Below are positions 51,134 through 61,800 of a stretch of DNA of 64,000 bases, piece after piece; position 1 is the stretch's first letter, and each line of letters starts with the position of its first letter. The translations under genes were made by a program, and so were the position numbers. The stretch is from Lepidodermella squamata (Eukaryota > Animalia > Gastrotricha). The notes under the pieces are model-generated. The model was not told the origin of the DNA. It saw nothing but the letters and a program-made list of their open reading frames with translations, and ran no database searches. The stretch is taken from contig JBLDXI010000003.1 in NCBI GenBank assembly GCA_047495785.1, forward strand, positions 3,348,001 through 3,412,000, given 5' to 3'.

Positions 51134-54018
51134 GGCAATGGAATTCGGGTCATTGCAAAGTAACGTTGAGATTAGCTGAGATTATTTTTTTGATACAAAC
51201 ATTGATGTTAGATATTTTGCTCATCAACGAAACATGGCTAGAAGATAACGATGATTTTCACATCCCAAATTTTACTGTTTTCAGGTTAGATAGGAAAGAA
51301 AAGGCAGCAAATAATGTTATGTACGGCGGCGTGGCAATAGCAGTGAAGAACTCAATTCGAGTGGTCGAAGCATTCCAATACGCAACTGACCACAGCGAGT
51401 GGCTCGCGCTCAAAGTGGCAGATTCAAACGGTCGAAAGCTCACAGTTGCAACTGGATACAGCTCTCCAAATTACCCTCTTGATCTTACTTTTTTGAACAT
51501 AGCTTTAGGTGGCACGACCGACCCAAACCAACCATGCTTATTTGCCGGCGACCTAAACTGCTGGCACCCCACGTTATCCGACCCCATCAGCAAAAACCCA
51601 GCAGGAACCGCCCTGGCTGCATGGCTAAACTCGGAAGGTCACACTCTGATGAGCGACGGCACCCCAACCCACTTCTCGCACAGTGGTTATGGTCGACAAA
51701 TCGACATATGGTTGGCGAATCAGGCGGTGCTCCCACTCCTTACGGGTCCGGCCGTGGTCGAGGACAAGTACGGCAGCGACCACTGTGCCACAAGAATTAA
51801 AGTGAACTTTCGAGCCAGTCCAGACCCCCCGGAAGCGGCAAACAACTACGAACCTAGACTCGACTTTTTCAAAGCCAATTGGACCCGCTTCGAGGAGCGG
51901 CTGAAGCATTGGCTCGCGGAGATCGCCGACCCTGTTAAACCCAAGCCAGGAGACCCGGTCGAAAGCATCGAGACTTACTCAGACGCGATTGTCGAAGCAA
52001 TCCAGCGGGCGGCAGCCGAAACTATACCCAAAAGTAAGGAATACAAGCTTTCAAGCTGGCGTCTCACAAAAGAGATTGCTACGCTACTAGAGCAAAGAAA
52101 TAAATTACAGCGACTTTTTGACAAAACAAATTCCTCCGAAGCCAAATCCAGTGTGAATAGGCTGAACAAAGAAATCAAAATTCTGATTGCTCAAGAAAAA
52201 CTTCGTGCTTGTGAAAAATTTCTTCAAAGGCTAGCTAGACTATTCAAGCAGCATCAGACAAGGCAAGCGTGGCAAGCCGTAAACGGCCGTCTCATAGGAC
52301 GACGCCGAAACCGTAAAATTGCTATCTTAACCAACTCGAAAGGCTTAGGAGTCACCGACGATGCTGCCAAATGCGAGCTACTTGCCGAAACATTTGGTAA
52401 TGTTCTGAAAGGTCCGCCGATAACCTCAAATATGACAGAAGACCAGCGATTTTGGGACCAAACTACCGACGACATGTCAAAAAGCGAAGCAATGAAGCCC
52501 CTAGGTGTCATACCCAAGCGGGTCCAGGTAAGGGTCCCGAAATGGGCGGTAAGGCAGATGATGAAATCGCTCAAATGGAAGGCTCCGGGCCGCGACAACG
52601 TGTCTAACGTCCTACTGAAACATGGAGGTAAGAATTTGGCAAAACATCTGAGGTATCTGTACCAGCTCAGCTTAAACTGCGGCTATGTACCGAAAAAGTG
52701 GAAAGTCGCCATCATCATCCCAATTCTCAAAGAGGGTAAGGACTCGAGGTTGCCGGACTCCTACAGGCCGGTTTCTCTTCTGCCAGCGATTGCAAAAGGT
52801 CTCGAAATTGTTGTTGCCAAGTTTTTATATCGATTTCTAATCCTGAACAATTTACTACCACGACACCAATTCGGTTTTCAGCCACTACATTCTACCAACG
52901 ACCCCTTATTTTTATTTATCAGCGATGTAGGCCTTTCGATAGCGAAACGTAAGAAACTTGTTGCACTTTTACTGGATTTTAAAGCAGCTTTCGATTGTAT
53001 TTGGCACGACGGGCTGCGTCTCAAGCTAGAGCAGTCGGGGGTACCGGTGCCAATAGTAAGGTGGGTCTCTGACTTCCTGCGGGGCCGATCATTTCAAGTC
53101 CGAGTGGGAAGCGAGCTATCTGCAACGAGGAACATCTATTGCGGCGTGCCGCAAGGCTCGCCCTTGTCACCGCTTCTTTTCATTTTTTATGCCAACGACA
53201 TGCAGCCCAAAAGCTGTAACCCCGATGACGGAGCACGTCGTGTCGCCAAAGGCACTTACGCCGACGACGCCATCAACTGGGCATATGGCGACAACTACAA
53301 TGTCTGTGTCAAGCGCCTGCAAAAAAGGCTCAGTGCCACCGAAAGGTGGTGTAAACGATGGCGGCTAATGCTGAACCCGCAAAAATGCGAGGCTATCATC
53401 TTCGGCCACTACGGAAATACACCTCCCTCAATCCATCTCGAGCTGTATGGCCAAGCCATCCCTCAAGTCAACCAGGTGCGGTACCTGGGCCTGCATCTGA
53501 CCCCACAATTGTCCTGTCACATCGACGTAATCGCGTCAAAGATCCGACAACGCGTCGGGTCTCTGTATGGGATTTTAAAAACTAAGTTGTTACCCAAAAG
53601 GGTTTGTGTTTTGTTTTACCAGACTCTTTTGGAGCCGATCCTACTTTACGGTGCGCCTGCCTGGTCCTGCCTGAGCCCTTCATCCTTGAGCCGCCTGGTG
53701 GACCTGCAAGCCTACTGCCTGAGAGCCCTTTTGAGCCTTCCTCCCGAAACTCACCCTATCGACGTCATAGCATTTGCCGGAGTCCCCGGCATCGACCTCA
53801 AGTTTGATGAAGCCCTAAAGAGATACGGCGAACGCTGTCTCGCTAGCTCACTCGTAACTGCCAAGTATCTAGACCACATATCGACCCTGACACCGTCTAC
53901 CGATACAGCACATGAAATTGAAAAACGCTGCCCAGCGTGGCATATTCGAAATCAACCGAAGCCCGCTTACAACCTCCAAATCGACCCCAGGAACTGGATA
54001 ACATTTGACACCAATTAA
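51121..54018 (+). CDS. LINE ORF2: apurinic-like endonuclease + reverse transcriptase
   Basis: APE motifs QWN, INETWL, GDLN, IDI, GSDH. RT motifs KAPGRD, SYRPVSLL, QFGF, DFKAAFD, GVPQGSPLSPLLF, YADD, YLG. Confidence 0.95.
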   Translation: MCWVGQWNSGHCKVTLRLAEIIFLIQTLMLDILLINETWLEDNDDFHIPNFTVFRLDRKEKAANNVMYGGVAIAVKNSIRVVEAFQYATDHSEWLALKVADSNGRKLTVATGYSSPNYPLDLTFLNIALGGTTDPNQPCLFAGDLNCWHPTLSDPISKNPAGTALAAWLNSEGHTLMSDGTPTHFSHSGYGRQIDIWLANQAVLPLLTGPAVVEDKYGSDHCATRIKVNFRASPDPPEAANNYEPRLDFFKANWTRFEERLKHWLAEIADPVKPKPGDPVESIETYSDAIVEAIQRAAAETIPKSKEYKLSSWRLTKEIATLLEQRNKLQRLFDKTNSSEAKSSVNRLNKEIKILIAQEKLRACEKFLQRLARLFKQHQTRQAWQAVNGRLIGRRRNRKIAILTNSKGLGVTDDAAKCELLAETFGNVLKGPPITSNMTEDQRFWDQTTDDMSKSEAMKPLGVIPKRVQVRVPKWAVRQMMKSLKWKAPGRDNVSNVLLKHGGKNLAKHLRYLYQLSLNCGYVPKKWKVAIIIPILKEGKDSRLPDSYRPVSLLPAIAKGLEIVVAKFLYRFLILNNLLPRHQFGFQPLHSTNDPLFLFISDVGLSIAKRKKLVALLLDFKAAFDCIWHDGLRLKLEQSGVPVPIVRWVSDFLRGRSFQVRVGSELSATRNIYCGVPQGSPLSPLLFIFYANDMQPKSCNPDDGARRVAKGTYADDAINWAYGDNYNVCVKRLQKRLSATERWCKRWRLMLNPQKCEAIIFGHYGNTPPSIHLELYGQAIPQVNQVRYLGLHLTPQLSCHIDVIASKIRQRVGSLYGILKTKLLPKRVCVLFYQTLLEPILLYGAPAWSCLSPSSLSRLVDLQAYCLRALLSLPPETHPIDVIAFAGVPGIDLKFDEALKRYGERCLASSLVTAKYLDHISTLTPSTDTAHEIEKRCPAWHIRNQPKPAYNLQIDPRNWITFDTN

Positions 54019-55043
54019 CTACACACGCTCGTTTTTAATATGTTTTATAAACTCCGTTTTGTAAATTCTTCAGATTTTTCTAAAAACTTCCACATGAATA
54101 TTTTATCGACTACTTTAACCTAATCTACGTGGCATAAGTTATCGCGCCTAGAGCGCCGAGAGGCGGATGGTTGTACAAATAAAATCTCGATATGCCAGAT
54201 GTCCTTTATTTACTCAGTTTTGCTTGACGACTTCGAATTTTCAAAATTCAAACCTCTTAGAGGCTCCCATCCACCTCAATTGACGAGAAACCCCAAAGTG
54301 TCGTTGAAAAGGCTTATCGAAGTGGGTTTAGTTTGAAGTGGAAGCGCTAACTTGATACCATCAACATTTTTGAACATCTAGCAAGATTCCTCACCTCAGA
54401 AAAATTGCGATTATTAATTGATGCCATAAAAAAGAGAGAAACCCAAAACGTCGCGCAAATTAATTCGAAATGTCGCGCAATAGTGTCGCCAAGTGTCGCG
54501 CTTTGTTTACTTTGCGCACAATAAAAAACTAGATTTTTTAAGCGCGCATTTTTGGAAATTATCAATTTTCACTCGTGAACTTTGAAGCCCATTTTCTCAG
54601 CAAATCTGATGAATATCAACTTATTTTTTATACCAATAGACTTCTCATTCATTGATCTTGAAAGCGGTATCAAAATCTGATGTCAAAAATTTCGCCAAAC
54701 TCCACTTGTTTCCGGTCATTTTTATTTTTACTGCGTCGATGGTGAGGTGAATTTTGTGGGTTTTGCAGATTGGTTTCATTCATCTCCATCTAATAAACCA
54801 GCTGGAACTACTTGGGATTTCAATTTCAATTCCCATTTTTCGACGCTAGACGTCAATTGAATTACATATATGGAATCAGGATTCCGGATATCCTGGAATG
54901 AAGACATTTACGTATGTTCAAAAAGGCAACAAATAGGACAAAGTTGTTTAATTAAGTTCAATTTCGACAAAGAACAATATGAATACATCTCACAACTGAA
55001 ACATTATACTTTCGTTAAAGTTTATAATCAGAAAATAAACCAG

Positions 55044-57545
55044 CTATTCCCGTGCACCTCGCGCTTCCAGTAGGCGGATAACATTCAATTTTTGCTGCGC
55101 CCTGGCTCGGCCCAACGGCGTCTTGCCATTTTTATTGCGTAACGAAAACAGATCAGGATAATGATCCAGTAGGAAATGCGTGATTTCAAAATGGCCAAAA
55201 TACGCGGAGAGATGCGGCGCCATCGACTCAGTTTCGGCGTCCTTCGCAAAAAAATTCGCGCCTCTTCGAATCAGAAATTCAACAATTTGATAATGGCCCC
55301 AAGCTGCGGCCATGAGTAGTGGAGTTCGGCCGTATTCGCCTCGGTTTTCCATATTAGCCCGCCTGACGTCTACCAAATATTCAACGACTCGTAACTGGCC
55401 TCGAGCCGCTGCTCTATTCAACGGCGTATCGTTGTTATTATTCGAAATTTCGATTAAATCTCTATTGCAGTCGCAGAGGTAAGCGACGATTTTAACGTGG
55501 CCATAAGCCGCGGCTAGGTGAATAGCTGTCGATCCTAATTCGTGGCCGTCCGTCGCCTTGAGATCGGCCTCGCACTCCGAGGCGAGAAATTGAGCGATGT
55601 CAAAGTGGCCGTATAGCGCGGCTTGTAATATGAGGGTGTTGTCGTTGTTCTTAGGGTCGCGATGTTCAACTAGCCATTGACGGGCGGATCGAGGTAGGGA
55701 TTTGTCGCGTAATATATTAACGACTTGCGTGAAATCGCCGATTTTCGCGGCTGTGTGAAGTATAACTGCATCCTGGTCAAGCTATATTATCAAATGGAAA
55801 GAAATTATAAAGTACTTAAGCATTAGTACTTAAAAATCACTCGAGTAATAATTATATACAGGAAATCGCAGAAGATTGAGAGCGAGAAAACATTAAAAAT
55901 GAGTCTACATATTTGCACCGCTGAATTTTGGTTCCTGCACTAAATTCAATCTTCCTAGCCCTGAATTTATGTTTATGTAATTAATTATGGATTTTGTGAA
56001 TTTTTCACGATTTCGACTTTTTCTTTCAAAGTAGATTATGATCTTAAACTAGACCCTCGGATTTTAAATTTTGATGCCGATTTTCAATTTTCGCTGCTAA
56101 GGACGCTAATCGCCGATTTATAAAATCGATATTAGGAATCGATATCGATTCCGCGGGCTGAAGTATAACTCGTCCACGGACCGATAGTGAAAATTTTTTG
56201 AAATAGGGAGATCAAAAAATCTAAAATTTCAGCCTACAATTTAGAGCTGGAATCCAAAATCCAATCAAAACTCCAACTTAAATTGAGCTCTGAATTCGAA
56301 AATAAGATTGATTGAATTAATAAATCGAAAATAATTTTTAAAGAATGAAGGAAAGTTAAGCTTTTTTAATCGATTTTAAGGTTACCTTAATTCTTTTCAG
56401 AGATTCGAGCTGATGTTTCCAAGCAGCCAGAGCCAAAACGTGTTCGCGACAGGTGAAGATCTTTTTAATTTCTTCCTCCGACTTCGCAGACAGCTGATTA
56501 GCCGATATTAAATTCTCTGAAAAATAATTAAAAAAATTAATTTAATATTAATTAATTGGTGAAATTTACTTTGAAGCACGGCGCATATTCCTTCTTTGAG
56601 GCTTTCAGCTATAACAACAGATTCTCGAATCGAAGCTAGTTGAAGTTCCTTTTCTCGCGAGGACACATTCGCCGATTTAAATTGAGCGACACTTTTAATT
56701 ACAGCGCCAATATGATGATTATGCGCACCATTCGCCGATTTCCCTAAGCAAATTATCTGCTTAGGCAGAGGAGGGGCTTCTTCAAGAAAACTCCGTTCCT
56801 CCATCTCGTTAATAAACGCCTTCATCGAAATTGCAGAATCGTAGCTGTTCGAACCAGTCGATAAGCTTGAATTGCCGAAATCGTCGTCGAAGTTCTGATG
56901 CATGCCGACGACTTTGAAAGTTTCAGCCGAAACTATAGGCGCGCCTTGCGGTAAATTCGACACGGAATGGTCCCATTTAAAGTAACCATCTTCGCCCGTT
57001 TTCACAACCTTACCAAACGCAGATCGGGACGAAACTTTCGCATCCTTGGCCGAGAAGCGGAATATCATCAATCGTTGTCCTTGATTCACGCCATCGCCAC
57101 TCAACGGCAGGAAATTGTACGATTTTCGCCGCAGAAATTCCATCTCCGGTCGGATTTCGAGAAAAACAATGTTGCAACGTTTTGAGACGAACCATTTTGA
57201 AATGTCCCGTTTAACGATGAAGGTAACAGTTAACGGGTGGGTATGGGCCTCGAAACACGCGTCGATCATTACGGTCGGCTGGGCCCCAGCATCGTTATAA
57301 GAACGGCCGTTACTATCGACAAAAACCGAACTAGTCGTTAAAAATCCGTATTTCGTTGTCCGATTCGGCACGCGGAGTAGGGACAAAAAACCGTAACTTT
57401 CCCGCTCATTGCCGTCCTTGTCGTAGCTGGTCAGCCGGCACACAGATTGAGCGACAAAAAACGTTTTCGGGTCAAATGAGGTTGAAAGGTCAAGCGATGC
57501 TTTTCGCGCGCTTTTCGGGCCAACAGCACTTTTTGTTTGGGACAT
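55044..57545 (-). CDS. Inactive trypsin-like domain + SAM-like segment + ankyrin repeats, paralog 2; ~614 aa
   Basis: Exons 57545-56570, 56516-56386, 55781-55044; total 1,845 nt. Ankyrin exon closely matches paralog 1 (NRAAARG, ENRGEYGRTPLLMAAAWGH). Trypsin-like QSVCRL...YGFL...GFLTTSSV...QGAPIV...KVVGMH. Confidence 0.75.
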
Positions 57546-58869
57546 TTTTGTTAATCCTAAACAAAAAATTTCAAGGGTCAAATAAAACTAGAATTATAAG
57601 GATATATCGACAAAATTTCTCGCACACCTGAAAAAAGAGACGCGATATATCGGTGCTTTAGGTGTGAGGGCTATGCCTTTATACAGTAAATTGTAATGAA
57701 GGAAAAACAGGTTATTAATTGTTAATAGAATTTTCGTGGTGTGTTGTCACCCGGATCGAAATCGCGATATAGCAAACCAGCGGACGGCTTAACACGCGCG
57801 GAGAAAAAAAAATCAATCACGATTTCTCTCCATTATTTATCAATATTATATTGCTTGTGGCGGTGCGAAGGGGGGAGGCTATACTGCGTTGAAAATTTGT
57901 TGATTTATAACTAAAATAATTGCATGAAAAGCGCACAGGTGGACGCATTAAATAAAAACAAACAAAAATAGCAATAAATAATAAGTAGGTGTCCTATTAT
58001 TATCGACTACTTTTCGCGCCTATTATAATAGCCCGGAAATATTTTAATTAAAGGCGCATGCCGAAAACGACCACCTTATTCGCAATATGAAGTCAAGTTA
58101 AAAAATAACACACCGGTATAAAATTAACTAAGCCTTAATTTCGCCATTCAAGAAAGACACGAAAAAATTATGTCTTTTGAGAATAAGAGTGCACACTTCT
58201 TCATTATATTTTTTGTAGGTTAACGCACTTCGTCACGCTCTGGTGCGGCTTTCATTCAGCCGCAACCAGGTGCGCGTTGGAATTGAAACTGAAGGTAATG
58301 ACGCGCGAAATACCCTCGCCTTTTTCTGACGCGCACCTCATATAATTTGGCTCGATGAATGGTGGGGCGGGTGACTGATGTATAATTTACATTCAGATGA
58401 TAATAATTGCTATTTTCAACGATGCCAAAATTGGTTGACTTTCAAAATGATTCGGTCGCATCAATTTTCGCACTATATCAACTCGTGGGAAAATTTCGGC
58501 GAGAGCGATGTCGGTGCAAAAATGTGCACTGCGACTGTACCTTGGCGGCAATTTGAAACATTAAATGTATAAATAATAAATAATTTTTAAAACATGGACA
58601 AAAGCCTCATCATGACGTAACGCTCAGATTTAAATTTATTACGAAAAATGCGAAGATTGCGAAGAAAAAAATTACGAAATGTCGATCACACTGGAGTAAT
58701 AAACAAAATAGGTCGACCAGCTTAATATACAGAAAATTAATGATGCGTTTCAGTTTGGCTTCTTGTAAACAAAAGGTTATTGGCTCTTAAATGCAATAAC
58801 CACTTGATTCTCTAGAAGGATATAATTTCGATTCAATTTTTGTGGATGAGTAAAAGCCGTAAAAAGCTG

Positions 58870-61800
58870 ATGAGACTGCCAGTTAGGCATAACGAGGCGA
58901 TATCTATTATTTTCATCTGGAACATTTTTCTGCAACAAGTCCGATTTTGCTTCAGTCGACAAATCGACGTCCCATGCCCAGGCGAAGAAATTTCCCGAGA
59001 AAATGAGCGATTTTGCTACCAGGTCATAAATTCGCCTCATCCTCTCAGCTACGACGAGGCGAATGACTACTGCATCAACCACCTTGACCCTGAGAAATTA
59101 CCTGCGACCCTAGCGATTATTACTTCAAAAGCTGAGGAGCGTTATGTGATATCAGCGCTGGAATCGGCGGGTCTTCCCAGGGCGCTGATCGGGCTGCGCA
59201 ATTTTAGGTCACCCTGGCGGTGGGTGAATGATGGCGACCTGATTAGGTCGCAAGGAATAGTAGCCGTCCGGCCATCCTCTTGTCATTTTCAACACATCAT
59301 GTTTGCAAGTTCTGGCCGTAAATTGAGGCCAGAAAACTGTTTGAACGCTTGTATGGCCAGAAGAAAAAATTACGCATATTTCACTCTGGTGAGTTTTATA
59401 TTTAAAATTTTAAAATTTTCAATAATTTTTATCTTAATAGGACACGAGGCAGCAATGTTATTGTAGCGATTTATGGGCCGAAGAGAACAATTACGGAAAT
59501 TTCGAATGCACCCAGGCGTATCAGTCGCCGAATGTTCTTAGCCGAGCTTTAGCTTTTGTGACAAAACCCGGAATTTACGACAACTGGGCGTCTGATCGGC
59601 CTGTTTTAGACACTGGCTGTTTAGCGATCGACCGACGAGACCAGCAACATCGTTGGGTCGACAAAATCTGCTCAACTTTCCAACCCTTTTTATGCCAATT
59701 CGATTCATCGGACCAATTGTCGGCCAAACGTCGCCTTACCTCAGCTTTACCAAGCCGGAAAATTCAGAAAAATTTCGGCTGTTCGAATAGGTTTTGCTAC
59801 GCTGTAATTTCCGAGCCGAAATCAAGCTTTGATGATGCTCTTGATTTTTGTGATAATTTCGGTGGAATTTTGGCGAAAATCTCAAATTTGAGCCAGCAAA
59901 GCTTCATTTCTCGCCTAATTTCGGGCGCAATTTTCTCCGGAGATCGAAATTCTAATTTTATTTGGATCGGAGCTCGAAGTTCGATATCTCAAATCTGGCC
60001 GGATGGCGAAAATGTTGATACGAATGGCTACCAAAACTGGAGTGGCTATTTCAAAGTAGGATGTACAAAAATTGAAATTGATGGCGCCGGAAAATACAGG
60101 TAATTAACACTTATTAGGCATTTTTTTGGAATTTTGTGGAATTTTTTTAAGGTGGAGCTCTCGAACATGTGGGCGAGACCAGTTAGAAACAGCCTTTGTT
60201 TGCTCTTGTACACCTGAGCCTGAACCTTGCGATATTGGCTCGACGCCAACTTTGTCCCAAAATGACTCGTCTACCACTCCAATTGGGACCAGGCCTTCGA
60301 AAATCATTGTAACGTCGAATGGAACTTTAACAAAATCGATTGTTCGAACTAGCACGTTGCAGTTACCGTCGAGAATAATTAGGATCGATGCTACGTTAAC
60401 TCCCATAACTAAATTGACATCTGAGTCTCCGCCAGCTGAGATTTTCACAAAACCTTCGACAAGATTCGATGGTAGATTTTCCTCGGTTGAAGAAGCCAAA
60501 AGGCGAACTACAACCACCCCGAGAAGTGATGACGCTGATACTTCGAAACGAGGATTGGTTTCCAGCACTGACTCCAGTGTACAGCATTTTAGTTCAACGA
60601 GAGGTGGCTTAGGATCGACTGAAGCTAGTTACATGCCGAGTTCGAGCTTGAAACCTGGCAGCCTGGTATCGCAAATTATGAAGTCCGAAAGCACTATTCA
60701 AGGTCAATATGGTTCAATTTCATCGTCTACTGGTGGATTTTCGAGTCTATCGACCAGAGCTGCAGCGTCCTCCTCGAAATTGCCCGTCGATTCTACAACT
60801 GATAATGTCAATTTACGGACCAGCTCCACCATTTCAAGCCGTGACAGCTCGCACTCAAAGCCATATGATTCTCGACCAACGTCCGAATCAGGTCATTCAG
60901 GCAGTCCGGGCTTGCAATCAACTAGAAGAAGCTCAGCGATTTCTCCTGAAAACTCTGGTGAATCTACAACGCGATCCAAAGTAGATGTCAGCAAATCGTA
61001 CTCCGCATCGCCAACCTCTTCAGGTTCTTCGGTTCCTTTACAACCTACTGACTATTCGCCTACACCTAAGCATCATTCGGTACAAGCTGTTTCCAGTTAT
61101 ACCACAGGATTTGATCAGATAACTGGGTCTAAGGAGCACCAGACTGAATTTGTAGGCCTCTCCACCTTAACAGTTTTTGGAGGGCCTTCTTCGGCAAGGG
61201 ATTCGACCCCCTCCTCAAAAGTACCCAAATCAATATCTCCCTTACCTAGCGAGAGAATCTCAACAAAAACAGCTACGACTAATGGAGCTTTTCCGTATTC
61301 AAGCTCAGCTGGTAAAGATGGCAGCTCGAGCTATTTAACGAGAGATGCTTCATATTGGGCGCTTTACTGGTCCACAGCTGGTCCGGTGGAGGATGGGTTT
61401 CGAACAAAACCGCCGTCTAGGACCACGCCGGGGAAGGAAGCGTTACCTAGTTCAGAAAGTTCCGGAAAATCCTGGGTTGGATTCTCGACTACGAGATCTG
61501 TTGGGTCGGATGGCATAACGACAGATTTTGAGCCAAACCGAGTACAATCAAGTACTCCGTCCGAGGTCACGGGTACAACCAAGGAATCTGTGAGCAAATC
61601 TTCGAAATCTTCCAGCCCGTCGAGTTCAATTTCTTATGAAATTATCGAAACAACAAAAGCTGGATCTCCTAATTTGCAATCCCACTCAACAAAATCGTCG
61701 ACTGTTGTTGGAACCTATTCGAAAACGCCAGGAAAGTCAGGAACTTCCAGCGATCATACCTCCTATCAGGAATCCACATTACCTGCTTCAAAGTTGGAGA

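Larger units (their letters stand above)
49431..54184 (+). mobile_element. Apparently full-length non-LTR retrotransposon (LINE, Jockey/I-group-like)
   Basis: Intronless gag-like ORF1 followed by an overlapping APE+RT ORF2. Composition differs from the flanks. The ends are approximate (CATT at 49431; AATAAA near 54178); no TSD or poly-A tail identified. Confidence 0.9.
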
